This document shows, piece after piece, positions 9,735 to 19,402 of a stretch of 64,000 nucleotides of DNA; the first letter of the stretch is position 1, and each line of letters starts with the position of its first letter. A program made the translations under genes and the position numbers. The notes below the pieces were generated by a model, which was given only the letters and a program-made list of their open reading frames with translations, did not search any database and was not told where the DNA came from. The stretch spans positions 1,715,287 to 1,779,286 of the forward strand of contig OZ253560.1 of the NCBI GenBank assembly GCA_965262815.1, in the 5' to 3' direction. This DNA comes from a bacterium. GTDB taxonomy: Bacteria; JAAXHH01.

Positions 9735-10672
9735 GGTGTGTCGACGCTCTCGAATTCAGCCGGTGAGGATTCGTCCGGCGAAGTCGGTCCAGGCGGACCG
9801 CCACCGGCCCCGGATTCAGACGGTGACGTTTCGTCGGTCGAGGATGGTGTGTCGTCCGCCCCGGATTCGACCGGTGACGTTTCATTGGACAATTCGGGCG
9901 GCTCCACGTAGGTGCTTCTCAGGAACTCCAACCGTCTTACGGCCTCCGCCGAGAGTTCGTTTTCGGAATAGCTCTGGATGAAGATATCGAATTGTTCGAT
10001 CGCCTCGCGGAGTTTTCCTTCCTTCGCATAGCTTTCGGCGATCTCGTACTGCGCACGGGAAGCCCAATTGCTCATGGGATATGCTTCCAGCAATTCCTTG
10101 AAATAGAGGCGGGCCGCTTCCCAGTCCTTCAGCTTGTAGTACAGGTTTCCGATTCGATAGTCCTTTTCGGCAACCTTGTCGAAACATTCCTGCAGCAACT
10201 CGTGGACTTCCGTGCTCCACTCGCTGTTAGGGTACTCTTCCAGGAAGAACTGGAGTTCCCGGATGGCTTCGAAGGTCTTGTCCTGCGTGAGATGAGGCGG
10301 GTTGGATTGAAGAAACGTGGCATAGGCCAGTTTGTACTGGCTTTCATCGCTATAGGGACTCTGGGGGAAATCACTGATCAACCGGCGAAACACGACCACG
10401 GCGAGGGGATATTCCTTGAGCTGGATATGCATTTCGCCCTGGTGGTACAGGGCGTCGTCCACGATGCCGCTGCCGGAATAACTGAGGGTGATTGCCCTGA
10501 AAGCGTCCAGTGCGTCCAGCCAGTCTTCCTGCTCCATTTTTTGCAGCCCGAAGTCATACAATTCTTCCGCTTCCCAGTCCGGGTCGAAGTCCGGCGGATT
10601 GCACGAAGGAAGGACGAACAGGGCGAAGAGAAACCCCATTAGCCATATCTTATTGCGCACACGTTGGATCAT
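9731..10672 (-). CDS. bamD: Outer membrane protein assembly factor BamD-like TPR lipoprotein with acidic S/T/P-rich C-terminal tail
   Basis: Signal peptide plus a lipobox-like VLPSC. TPR-like repeats with DALYHQGEMHIQLKEY / AEKDYRIGNLYYKLKDWEAARLYF are typical of BamD/YfiO. The C-terminus is a low-complexity ETSPVESGADDTPSSTDETSPSESG... stretch. Confidence 0.72.
   Translation of the reverse strand: MIQRVRNKIWLMGFLFALFVLPSCNPPDFDPDWEAEELYDFGLQKMEQEDWLDALDAFRAITLSYSGSGIVDDALYHQGEMHIQLKEYPLAVVVFRRLISDFPQSPYSDESQYKLAYATFLQSNPPHLTQDKTFEAIRELQFFLEEYPNSEWSTEVHELLQECFDKVAEKDYRIGNLYYKLKDWEAARLYFKELLEAYPMSNWASRAQYEIAESYAKEGKLREAIEQFDIFIQSYSENELSAEAVRRLEFLRSTYVEPPELSNETSPVESGADDTPSSTDETSPSESGAGGGPPGPTSPDESSPAEFESVDTP
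9760..9900. repeat. Imperfect tandem nucleotide repeat encoding the S/T/P/E-rich BamD tail
   Basis: Copies of ccccggattc[ag]ac[cg]ggtgacgtttc occur at about 9806 and 9859, with related gtgaggattcgtc units upstream. Confidence 0.5.
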
Positions 10673-12075
10673 GCCAGGGACTCGAATTCGGCGGGGACCG
10701 CACGCACGTCATGATCGCCAGGGCGCGGAATCCCTGTCGAGGCCGTACCGGCCGTACCGGCTGTACCAATCAGATCGTATTCCATGGCGTCGGTAATGTC
10801 CACGGACACAAAGGCGCCGGGTGAGAGATCTTCGCCGGTGACCAGCACCTCGTTGTCGACCTCCGGCGCATCCGAAGCGGTACGTCCGCTGTAGTACCCT
10901 TCCTCTGTCCGTTCGTCGATCAGCACATTTACCGTCTGTCCCACGTATGCCTGGTTACGCTCGAGAGATACTTCGCGCTGCAGGGCCATGAGCCGGTTGT
11001 ATCGTTCCTGCTTGACGGACTCGGGCAATTGCTCATCGTACCGTGCGGCCGGGGTATGCTCTTCCTTCGAATACATGAATACGCCCATGCGGTCGAATCT
11101 CGTTTCTTCCGCGAAGTCGAACAGTTCCTCGAAGTCCGCCTCCGTCTCCCCGGGAAAACCCACGATGAAAGTGGTACGCAACGTCACATCTGGAATCCCG
11201 GCGCGGATCCGGTTCAAAAGCGCTCTCGTTTCCTTCGAGGTCGTTTCCCGGTTCATTCGCCTGAGCATGGGATCCGATATGTGCTGCAGCGGCATATCGA
11301 CGTAGTTGCACACATGCTCGAGATCGGCGAAGGCATGGATCAAGGTGTCGGTGAACCGCACGGGGTGGTTGTACAGCGGCCGGATCCACCGTATGCCATC
11401 CACGGCGTTCAGGGCGGCAAGCAGATCTTCCAGCCTGGCCGGCACCTCCAGGTCTTTGCCGTACCACGTGGTATCCTGGGAAATCAGGTTCAGCTCCACC
11501 GCCCCCTGGTCCGCAAGCATTCGCGCTTCTTCCACGAGGGAATCGACAGTTCGGCTTCTCTGGCTGCCCCGGATGGCCGGGATAATGCAGAAAGTGCACC
11601 GCCGGTCGCATCCCTCGGCGATCTTCATGTAAACGGAATGATTCGGGGTGGTGATGACCCTGGGATAAGAATAGTCGGTGGGCAGCGGCTGCCTGCGTAT
11701 TTCCCGCAGGGTCTCGTGGCGGTCGTGCAGGCGTTCCAGCAACTGGACGATCCGTGGGTACTGGTGCACGCCGATGACGGCGTCCACTTCCGGCATCTCC
11801 GCGACCAGGCCGTGGGCGTACCGTTGCGCCATGCATCCGGTGACTACCAGGGAAGTGCACTGGCCGTCCTCTTTGAACCGTGCCAGGTCCAGAATCGTTT
11901 CGATGGACTCTTCCTTGGCGGGACCGATGAACGCGCAGGTATTCACGATGATGACATCCGCCTCGCCATGGTCGGTCACCACGTCATAGCCGGCCCGGGT
12001 CAATTGGCCAAGCATGACTTCGGAATCCACCAGGTTCTTCGAACAGCCCAGGCTGGCGAGACTGATGTTGGGCAA
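10669..12075 (-). CDS. rimO: Ribosomal protein S12 methylthiotransferase RimO (radical-SAM MTTase)
   Basis: N-terminal LGCSKNLVDSE...NTCAFI (MTTase domain), radical-SAM CDRRCTFC, and a C-terminal TRAM region. Confidence 0.85.
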   Translation of the reverse strand: MPNISLASLGCSKNLVDSEVMLGQLTRAGYDVVTDHGEADVIIVNTCAFIGPAKEESIETILDLARFKEDGQCTSLVVTGCMAQRYAHGLVAEMPEVDAVIGVHQYPRIVQLLERLHDRHETLREIRRQPLPTDYSYPRVITTPNHSVYMKIAEGCDRRCTFCIIPAIRGSQRSRTVDSLVEEARMLADQGAVELNLISQDTTWYGKDLEVPARLEDLLAALNAVDGIRWIRPLYNHPVRFTDTLIHAFADLEHVCNYVDMPLQHISDPMLRRMNRETTSKETRALLNRIRAGIPDVTLRTTFIVGFPGETEADFEELFDFAEETRFDRMGVFMYSKEEHTPAARYDEQLPESVKQERYNRLMALQREVSLERNQAYVGQTVNVLIDERTEEGYYSGRTASDAPEVDNEVLVTGEDLSPGAFVSVDITDAMEYDLIGTAGTAGTASTGIPRPGDHDVRAVPAEFESLA

Positions 12076-12105
12076 AACGCTTCTCCGCTCTTTGGTCGAC
12101 GCCTG

Positions 12106-12756
12106 CTAGCGCAGATCGACCCATTCGACATCCGCGGGCGTCGTCATCCTGAACAGCCCGGGTGGAATCGCCGTGTTCAATTGAAAATCCATGAATCGCA
12201 GGGTAGTTTCTGATCCCATGTCGTCTGTATAGACTACCTTCTTCGTGAGCCAGGTGCCGTCGTCCACCCAGATCCGCAACTCGGGGATACCGTCTGTGGG
12301 CGCGACAGCCGTAAGCCTGAGTACGTAGAAGCTGGATCCTTCGATCTGTTCTCGGCCCTCCAGATCATACCGGTACCGGTTCGTGTAACTGAACAGGAAC
12401 TCGTCCGGACGCATTCCCGCCTTGCTTTCCTGAGCCGGCGACACGATGACCTGTCTATTGCCGGGCACGTAGGTCCATACCGATACTCCGTCGGAAATAA
12501 TGGTCTGAGCGACCTCTTCGAGGCGAAGAAGATCCTCGTCTCTCTGCAGAAACAGGCGGCCCTCGGTCTCGCTCCGCTGGTCGAGCACGGCCGCGTAAGT
12601 CGTAACGGAATACCTGGCCGCCAGCGACCTCACGCCATCCAGGCGCTGCTGCATCATTCCGGTCACGGCATCCGCCGAGTGGAGCTCCCGCGACGAATCA
12701 TATCCCTGAAACGCCAGCAATCCGGTCATCAAGCAGACCCAGAGATGGGTGACCAC
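12106..12756 (-). CDS. LolA-like outer-membrane lipoprotein carrier protein
   Basis: Signal peptide with a composition typical of LolA/LolB-fold proteins. It sits downstream of rimO in the same orientation. Confidence 0.55.
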   Translation of the reverse strand: MVTHLWVCLMTGLLAFQGYDSSRELHSADAVTGMMQQRLDGVRSLAARYSVTTYAAVLDQRSETEGRLFLQRDEDLLRLEEVAQTIISDGVSVWTYVPGNRQVIVSPAQESKAGMRPDEFLFSYTNRYRYDLEGREQIEGSSFYVLRLTAVAPTDGIPELRIWVDDGTWLTKKVVYTDDMGSETTLRFMDFQLNTAIPPGLFRMTTPADVEWVDLR

Positions 12757-12901
12757 GCTGCCTCCCCTTACGATTTATTTCCTCGAATCACCGCGAATTC
12801 AAGCCTGTAAATATGCACTTGCTACGCGCTTGCGTCAAGGCTTACCGGTCGGTCTGACCTGTCGAACCGGCGGTGGGTGAAATCGGCGTCGATGGATGCT
12901 C

Positions 12902-12946
12902 CTGATATAAAGAACGGGGAAAGGCCCCTTCGGTTCCCTCCCCGTT
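12902..12946 (-). terminator. Rho-independent terminator after the amidohydrolase gene
   Basis: On the minus strand, the GC hairpin gaacggggagggaaccgaaggggcctttccccgttc is followed by tttatatc. Confidence 0.6.
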
Positions 12947-12981
12947 CCATACAACGCTGGTTTGAGCTGCGGGACACCCGT

Positions 12982-14688
12982 TTAAGGCATTGGGACCCGG
13001 CCTCTTTCGTACCGTACCGTGCCGTCCACGATGGTATATACAATTTCCGTATCGAGAATCTCGTTTTCGGGTACGGTCATGATGTCCTTCGACAGCACGG
13101 TGAAATCCGCGAGTTTTCCGTTCTCGATGGAGCCAAGCACATCTTCGTGAAACGAACCGTAGGCGGCGTCCAGGGTATACGATTTCAGGGCTTCCTGGCG
13201 TGACATGCGCTGGTCGCCGAACATCCCGCCTTCCGGAGTGCCGTCAGGCAGCTCCCGGGTCACGCTGGCGTAAAAGGAAGCGATGGGGCTTATGTCTTCG
13301 ACCGGCGCGTCAGTCCCGTTGACGATCTTCACCCCTTCTTTCAACAGTTTCTGCCAGACATAGCCGCCTTCCACCGTGCGGGCGTGGCCGAGCCGGTCCG
13401 GGGCCCAGGGAAGATCGGAAGTCGCGTGTATCCCCTGCATGGAAGCGATCACGCCCAGCCTGGCGAATCTCGGGATATCGGCCTCGTCCAGGATCTGGGT
13501 ATGTTCGTCACGGAAACGGTGGTCCTTCACGTGGGGAAACTCCTTCATCGCCTTTTCGTACATGTCGAGCATCATGCGGTTGCCGCGGTCGCCGATGGCG
13601 TGGGTACATACCTGCCAGCCGTGCTCTAGTCCGAAGCGCGCGGCCTCGTAAATCGAATCGGGCGGCGTGGTGAAGAATCCGGAATTGCCCGGGTCGTCTT
13701 CGTAGGGTTCCAGCAGCCAGGCGCCCCTTGAACCGAGCGCCCCGTCACCGTACATTTTTACGGCGCGGATGGTCAGGAACCCACCGGGATGGGCCGACGG
13801 CGTTTTCAAGGCTCGCATGGTCGATAGATTCGAGGCCATCACGTAGACCCGCATGTCCAGCTTGCCCTGGTCGGCGTATTCCCTGTAGAGTTCGATCCCA
13901 TTCAGGCCCACACCGGCGTCGTCGAACATGGTGATGCCGTTGGCCAGGCATTCCTGGATGCCGAGTTCAAGGGCCTGGCGCCGCTGGTTTTCCGTAAACG
14001 AGGGAACACTCACCAGCCCCATGGCCTTGTCCACAAACACGCCCGTGGGATTGCCTTCCGCGTCCCGAATGATGTCCCCGCCTTCGGGTGATTGCGTCGT
14101 GCGGTCAATGCCCATCAGTTCCATGGCTTTGGCATTGGCGAATGCGGCGTGTCCATCCGCCCTTCGCAGGTAGACCGGGATATCGGGCACGGCCTCGCTC
14201 AACTCGTGATGGGTCATGAACCCGCGGACGGTGAGCGAACTGCGGTCCGTCCACTTTTCCTCGTGCCACCCGCGGCCGGTGATCCACTCGCCTTCGCCGA
14301 TGCCGTCAGCCGCCGCCAGTACCCGTTCGATCAACTCTTCGTAACCCGAAATACCGACCAGGTTGACCGTCATTTTGGCAATTCCGATGCCCATGAGATG
14401 GCCGTGACTCTCCTTCAACCCGGGAACCACGGTCTGTCCTTCCAGGTCGATCACCCGGGTATCCGGGCCGATAAAAGGTTCCACGTCCTCGTTGACGCCG
14501 ACTATCGCGATCCGGTTTCCGATGACGGCCACGGCCTGCGCCTTGGGCCGATCCTCGTCGAGCGTGTATACCGTACCGTTGACCAGCACCAGGTCCGCCG
14601 ATGATTTGCGTACCTGGGCCTGGCCGCCGGAGAACGAAATCATCATCATCAAGCCTGCGATCGCCACCACCAATACAGATTTCCGCAT
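12982..14688 (-). CDS. Secreted metal-dependent amidohydrolase (Amidohydro_3 family)
   Basis: Signal peptide MRKSVLVVAIAGLMMMISFSGGQA and an HGH metal-binding motif (ESHGHLMGIG). 568 aa is typical for Amidohydro_3 proteins. Confidence 0.75.
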   Translation of the reverse strand: MRKSVLVVAIAGLMMMISFSGGQAQVRKSSADLVLVNGTVYTLDEDRPKAQAVAVIGNRIAIVGVNEDVEPFIGPDTRVIDLEGQTVVPGLKESHGHLMGIGIAKMTVNLVGISGYEELIERVLAAADGIGEGEWITGRGWHEEKWTDRSSLTVRGFMTHHELSEAVPDIPVYLRRADGHAAFANAKAMELMGIDRTTQSPEGGDIIRDAEGNPTGVFVDKAMGLVSVPSFTENQRRQALELGIQECLANGITMFDDAGVGLNGIELYREYADQGKLDMRVYVMASNLSTMRALKTPSAHPGGFLTIRAVKMYGDGALGSRGAWLLEPYEDDPGNSGFFTTPPDSIYEAARFGLEHGWQVCTHAIGDRGNRMMLDMYEKAMKEFPHVKDHRFRDEHTQILDEADIPRFARLGVIASMQGIHATSDLPWAPDRLGHARTVEGGYVWQKLLKEGVKIVNGTDAPVEDISPIASFYASVTRELPDGTPEGGMFGDQRMSRQEALKSYTLDAAYGSFHEDVLGSIENGKLADFTVLSKDIMTVPENEILDTEIVYTIVDGTVRYERGRVPMP

Positions 14689-14747
14689 GTAACCCTCCCT
14701 GACAAATAACCGATACGCCAGGCCTTCGATCCATGGCCCGGCGCGTA

Positions 14748-15164
14748 CTATACCTCGTCCTCCACGCGCCTGCGGCCTACTTCCTTCCTGATGTAGGCGA
14801 TGATGTCGCGCGTTGAAGTACCTGGTCCGAACAATTTTCCCACACCCAGCTTTGCAAGTTCTTCCGCATCGGATTTCGGGATGATTCCACCACCGGTGAG
14901 GAGCATGTGGTGGACGCCCTTCTCCCGCAACAGGTTCATCACCCGGGGGAATATGGTCATGTGTGCGCCCGACAGGATGCTGAGCGCGACCACGTCCACA
15001 TCTTCCTGTATGGCGGCTTCCACGATCATTTCGGGCGTTTGCCTGAGGCCGGTGTAAATCACCTCCATACCGGCGTCCCTCAGCGCGCTGGCTACTACCT
15101 TGGCGCCCCGGTCATGGCCGTCCAGGCCCGGTTTGGCTACGAGAACGCGTAAGTTGTCCGACAT
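14748..15164 (-). CDS. Methylmalonyl-CoA mutase family B12-binding small subunit
   Basis: [62 protein letters not shown] is the canonical DxHxxG B12-binding domain. The start is taken at MSDNLRVLV. Confidence 0.85.
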   Translation of the reverse strand: MSDNLRVLVAKPGLDGHDRGAKVVASALRDAGMEVIYTGLRQTPEMIVEAAIQEDVDVVALSILSGAHMTIFPRVMNLLREKGVHHMLLTGGGIIPKSDAEELAKLGVGKLFGPGTSTRDIIAYIRKEVGRRRVEDEV

Positions 15165-15215
15165 GATCGATCCTTCTCCCACAACCTGCGAATCCGCGTG
15201 GTCAAGACCACCGCG

Positions 15216-16154
15216 TCAAATCGCGAGTCTGTCCATGATCTCCCGGGCGGCCGCCAGGGGCTGGATTTCCCTTCGGGCGACGCGTTCGGAAAGGCGGTCC
15301 ATCGTCTCGTCCACGTCCCGAGAATCCGTCAACCTGCCGCGCCATAGTGCGCCGAGCGCTTTCTGTATGGCCGCGCGGCCCTGCCTCAGGCGGCGTTTCT
15401 CCAGCCGCCCGTCCCCGGCGAGGTAGTCCCTGTGCTCTTCCAGCTGTTCATACACGCCATCCATACCGGTGTTGTCCCGTGCGCTGACGCGCAGGACAGG
15501 CGGTTTCCAGCCGTCTCCCCATTGCCCCATGTCCACCACCATCTGTAGTTCCGCGGCGAACCGGCCGGCTCCTTCACGGTCTTCCTTGTTGACGACAAGC
15601 ACGTCGGCGATCTCCATCAGGCCGGCCTTCATGGCCTGTATGCTGTCACCCGACTCCGGCGTAAGCAGTACAACGGTGGTATCGCTGACCTCGGAAATAT
15701 CAAGCGTGGACTGGCCTACGCCCACGGTCTCCACAATGATAATGTCTTTGCCGAAGGCGTCAAGGGCCGTCATCGCGTGGGGAGTCGCCTCCGAGAGGCC
15801 GCCCGTATGGCTGCGGTCGGCCATGCTGCGTACGAATACTTCCGGGTCGTCCCACGAACTCTGCATGCGAAGCCGGTCGCCGAGCAGCGCTCCGCCGGTG
15901 AAGGGGCTGGTGGGATCCACCGCGATGATGCCGACCGTGCTACTATTCACTCGCAGCAGTGCGGTCAGGCGGTCCGTAAGCGTACTCTTGCCGACTCCGG
16001 GTGGACCCGTAATACCGATACGGCGGGCCCTGCCGGACCGGGGATACAGCCGGTCCAGAATCGCGGACCGGCGGCCAGTGTCGTTTTCCAGCAGGGAGAT
16101 GACGCGGGACAGGGCGATTCGGTCGCCTTCAAGGAAACGATCGAGTAGCTTCAT
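15216..16154 (-). CDS. meaB: Methylmalonyl-CoA mutase-associated GTPase MeaB/ArgK
   Basis: GITGPPGVGKSTL P-loop, DxxG, NKxD (VVNKEDR). The start is taken at MKLLDRFLEGD. Confidence 0.88.
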   Translation of the reverse strand: MKLLDRFLEGDRIALSRVISLLENDTGRRSAILDRLYPRSGRARRIGITGPPGVGKSTLTDRLTALLRVNSSTVGIIAVDPTSPFTGGALLGDRLRMQSSWDDPEVFVRSMADRSHTGGLSEATPHAMTALDAFGKDIIIVETVGVGQSTLDISEVSDTTVVLLTPESGDSIQAMKAGLMEIADVLVVNKEDREGAGRFAAELQMVVDMGQWGDGWKPPVLRVSARDNTGMDGVYEQLEEHRDYLAGDGRLEKRRLRQGRAAIQKALGALWRGRLTDSRDVDETMDRLSERVARREIQPLAAAREIMDRLAI

Positions 16155-16168
16155 AGCGTGAGTGGAGT

Positions 16169-17878
16169 CTATACCGTGCCGAGTTTTATGTCTTTGATGC
16201 GCAACTGGAGGCTGGTCTCGCCACGGTAGGTGTTTTCTTCGAGGGTAAAGGCCAGGTCGAGTTGATCCCGCCAATCGTTCAGTCGATCGGCGTAGTCCGC
16301 CATTCCAAAACCGATCGCTTCCATGGTCCGACCCTTCTGCCTGACCCTGAACTTGAGGTGTCTTTTGCCCACCCCCAGGGTTCTTGGAGAACCGACGAGG
16401 CTCAGGTTGCGCGACACCAGCACGGGGTGATGGTTTGCCGATCCAAAGGGTCCGAGCATTTTCATCAGCCGAACCATGCGCGGGGTCACTTCGTCGAGTT
16501 CAATTTCCGAGTCGATATCGAGCCTTGGTACGAAGTCAGCCGGGGTTGCCCGCTCGGCGACCACCTCGTGAAACTTCTGCGTGAACGCTTCGATGCGGTC
16601 CTTTTCGATGGACAAGCCCGCCGCGTGGTGATGTCCGCCGAATTTAATCAAAAGATCGGAGCATTCCTTGATGGCGTTGTACAGGTGAAAGTCACCCACG
16701 GTCCGGGCCGAACCGCGCCCCTGCTCACCCGCTGTCGAGATCATGACGACGGGGCGGTTAAAGACCTCCACCATGCGGGAAGCGACGATGCCGATAACAC
16801 CTGGATGCCAGGTGTCCGAAGCGAGTACGAGACCCTTTGCCTCCCTGAGGAACGGATCGTTTTCGACGATGTTCCTGGCCGCTTCAAAGGTAAGGGTGTC
16901 CTCCTTGCGCCGTCTCAGGTTCTCCTCGTTCAACTCTGCGGCCAGTTCCGCCGCTTCTTTCCGGTCTTCCGTGGTCAGCAGGTCCACCACGCGCGTCGCG
17001 TCGCCCATGCGGCCGGCGGCGTTGATGCGGGGCGCAAGGTGGAAAAGCATGTGTCCCGTCGACAGTTCCTTCTCCCGCAACCCGGATACGTCGAGCAGCG
17101 CCTGCAGGCCTGATTTGTGGGTCTGCTGCATCATGTCCAACCCATACTTGGTCAGCACCCGGTTTTCGTCGCGCAAAGGCACGATGTCCGCCGTCGTTCC
17201 CAGGGCCACGAGGTCCAGGTGCGTGTACACCGCGTTTTCCGGCAGCCCAACGTGCTCGGCCAGCGCCTGCGCCACCTTGTACGCCAGCCCGACACCGCAG
17301 AGTTCCTTGAACGGATACCCGCAGTCCTCCCGCTTGGGATTCAGAATGGCCACGCTCCTGGGCAGGGTATCGCCCGGTACGTGGTGATCGATGATGACCA
17401 CATCGATGCCCATTTCGCGTGCCTGGTCCACCTCCACGTTTGCGGTGATTCCGCAGTCAACGGCCAGAATCAGCGTTACCCCGCGGTTCCTGGCTTCCTG
17501 CAGCCCTTCCATGGACAATCCGTAACCATCCGTAAGGCGATTGGGTATGTAGGAGGAAATCCGCTCCGTCAGCAGTTTAATCGTAAGGTACAGCAGCGTG
17601 GTGGCCGTAGTGCCGTCCACATCATAGTCCCCGTAGACCATGATGTGTTCCTCTCGTTCTATGGCGGCGGCGATCCGATCAATGGCCAGGTCCATGTCCG
17701 CCATGAGAAAGGGACTGTGCAAATCATCCAGGGTGGGCTTCAGAAAGAACCGGGCGTCGTCAAAGGTTGAAACGCCCCGGTTGAGCAGAATCTGTGCGAT
17801 CACGCGGGGCACGTTGATCTGCTCCATCATCCGGGGAACCTGGGGATGTTCGTCGAATAGGACCCAGCGGGTGTTCAT
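16169..17878 (-). CDS. recJ: Single-stranded-DNA-specific exonuclease RecJ
   Basis: DHH motifs (LAVDCGI, DVVIIDHH) and a DHHA1 domain. The start is taken at MNTRWVLFDEHPQ. The longer ORF would run into rnpB. Confidence 0.9.
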   Translation of the reverse strand: MNTRWVLFDEHPQVPRMMEQINVPRVIAQILLNRGVSTFDDARFFLKPTLDDLHSPFLMADMDLAIDRIAAAIEREEHIMVYGDYDVDGTTATTLLYLTIKLLTERISSYIPNRLTDGYGLSMEGLQEARNRGVTLILAVDCGITANVEVDQAREMGIDVVIIDHHVPGDTLPRSVAILNPKREDCGYPFKELCGVGLAYKVAQALAEHVGLPENAVYTHLDLVALGTTADIVPLRDENRVLTKYGLDMMQQTHKSGLQALLDVSGLREKELSTGHMLFHLAPRINAAGRMGDATRVVDLLTTEDRKEAAELAAELNEENLRRRKEDTLTFEAARNIVENDPFLREAKGLVLASDTWHPGVIGIVASRMVEVFNRPVVMISTAGEQGRGSARTVGDFHLYNAIKECSDLLIKFGGHHHAAGLSIEKDRIEAFTQKFHEVVAERATPADFVPRLDIDSEIELDEVTPRMVRLMKMLGPFGSANHHPVLVSRNLSLVGSPRTLGVGKRHLKFRVRQKGRTMEAIGFGMADYADRLNDWRDQLDLAFTLEENTYRGETSLQLRIKDIKLGTV

Positions 17879-17949
17879 GTAATCAATCGGAAGTTGGGGT
17901 GAGCATGGCGCCTGGCAAATCGGGCCGATACTGTTACCGGAAACCGTAA

Positions 17950-18332
17950 AACGTCCAAGCCGGCCGTAAGCCGAGTTCTGTACCTTCGTGCTGAAGGCGG
18001 CGATCATCTATCTGGGACGACTGTCGCCAGCCGCCTCTTGCGACCTAACCCGAGAGTCTCCGGTTTCCCGGCGGGCGAGACGGGCCGTCTCTCCTCTCCT
18101 ATTCGGTCTTGCACCAGATGGGGTTTGTCCTGCCGGACCGGTTACCCGGACCGCGGTGAGCTCTTACCTCGCCTTTTCACCTTTGCCTCCCCGAAGGGAT
18201 CGGCCGTGTGTTTTCTGTGACACTTTCCGTGGCATCACTGCCCCCTGCCGTTAGCAGGCATCCTGCCCTTTGGTGCTCGGACTTTCCTCGTCCACACGTC
18301 GGCGGACGCGATCGCCTGGACGACTTGGAACG
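17950..18332 (-). ncRNA. rnpB: RNase P RNA, bacterial type A
   Basis: The reverse complement contains GAGGAAAGUCCGAGCACCAAAGGGCAGGAUGCCUGCUAACGGCAGGGGG (E. coli: GGAAAGUCCGGGCUCCAUAGGGCAGGGUGCCAGGUAACGCCUGGGGG). It also has AGGUGAAAAGGCGAGGUAAGAGCUCACC (P10-12 region), ACAGAACUCGGCUUA near the 3' end, and P1 pairing CCAAGUCGUCC/GGCCGGCUUGG. Ends are approximate (+/-10 nt). Confidence 0.93.
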
Positions 18333-18434
18333 TTTTACACCGTTAATATACTGATTAATGTTACGCGGTTCAACTCCGGCGTATGAGGATGGTATCACGG
18401 GGCGGGGCGGCGTCTGCGAGACCGGTCTCCGGTC

Positions 18435-19151
18435 TCAGTACTCCATGCCTTCTTCGATGATCAGGATGCGGCCGCAACTTTCACAGGATATCAGTCTTTG
18501 GCCCTGGCGGATCTGCAGCACGATCTGAAGCGGGATTATATTGAAGCAGCCAGAGCACGCACCCTTCTTTATGGGTACTACCGTCATGTCTCGCAGGTTT
18601 CGCCGTATACGGTTGTATACACCCAGAACCCGGTTCTCCACGCGCATCGCCATTCTCTTTCGCTCGTCCATTTTCACGGCTACGTCCTCGTCTACCGCCG
18701 AAAGACGGGATTCGAGCGCCCCGCTCTCTTCACTGAATCGCGCGACAAGCGAATCGGTTTCACCGCGCATGGCCTCCAGCGCTTCAACCGCCGCTTCGGC
18801 CTCGGTGATCAACTGCAAAATAGCGTCTTCGAGTTCCCCGATGAGGATCTTCTGCGCCTGGATTTCCGCCTGAAGGGCATCGTATTCCTTGTTGGTCTTG
18901 ACGCTGAAAAGCTGTCCCTGGTACTTCTTTACCTGTTCCTGCGCGGTCTGCAGTTCCAGTTCGCGCTGCCGCCGGTCTCTGTCGAGTTCCTCGACCTTCG
19001 TTTCCTGTTCCGTCAACCGGGATTCCGCCTCGGCCTGTGCGGATTTCATCGTCTCCAGCTGGTTGGGAATGTCTACCTTATACTGTTCGAGTTCGTGCAG
19101 GTCCTGATCCGTCTTCTGTAATTCCAATAGCGCTCTCAAGCTCTCCTGCAT
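18435..19151 (-). CDS. Zinc-ribbon coiled-coil protein (COG1579/DUF164 family)
   Basis: Long coiled coil followed by a C-terminal CSGCFNII...CESCGRIL zinc ribbon. The start is taken at MQESLRAL. Confidence 0.75.
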   Translation of the reverse strand: MQESLRALLELQKTDQDLHELEQYKVDIPNQLETMKSAQAEAESRLTEQETKVEELDRDRRQRELELQTAQEQVKKYQGQLFSVKTNKEYDALQAEIQAQKILIGELEDAILQLITEAEAAVEALEAMRGETDSLVARFSEESGALESRLSAVDEDVAVKMDERKRMAMRVENRVLGVYNRIRRNLRDMTVVPIKKGACSGCFNIIPLQIVLQIRQGQRLISCESCGRILIIEEGMEY

Positions 19152-19187
19152 GCGTCCAAATCCCTCCATGGAGACGAAAAGGCGGAC

Positions 19188-19219
19188 AAAAAAAAATGCA
19201 CTTTGACAGTGCATTTTTT
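19188..19219. promoter_or_regulatory. Perfect 12-bp-arm inverted repeat (AAAAAATGCACT-ttgac-AGTGCATTTTTT) between divergent genes; candidate operator
   Basis: Read directly from the sequence. The arms are flanked by A and T runs, and a TTGACA hexamer sits in the loop. Confidence 0.45.
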
Positions 19220-19402
19220 CTCGATTCAATCTGGTTTTGCCGAACCCCGGGTCCGAAGAGGCAACTGCAGTCGGACCAAAAAAACAATCGGGCTCATAGA
19301 CTTATCCATCCTTTTCCCACATACTACTTGATTTTTCGATCACAAACCGTAAAGATAATCCCGGAGAGGCGTACTGTCAACTAAAATCACGAGGAGGAAA
19401 TC

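Noticed and set aside
9992-10642. 216-aa plus-strand ORF
   Set aside because: It is antisense to the BamD-like gene, which has a lipoprotein signal and TPR signature.
11029-12213. 394-aa plus-strand ORF
   Set aside because: It is antisense to rimO and spills into the lolA-like gene. Its composition is R/G/P-rich and it has no recognisable motifs.
16262-17770. Plus-strand ORFs 16262..17113, 16743..17387, 17117..17770
   Set aside because: They are antisense to recJ.
17988-18398. ORFs 17988..18254(+), 18038..18220(+), 18177..18398(-) and the N-terminal extension of the recJ ORF to 18007
   Set aside because: All of them overlap the RNase P RNA gene, whose conserved motifs are unambiguous. They are non-coding artefacts.
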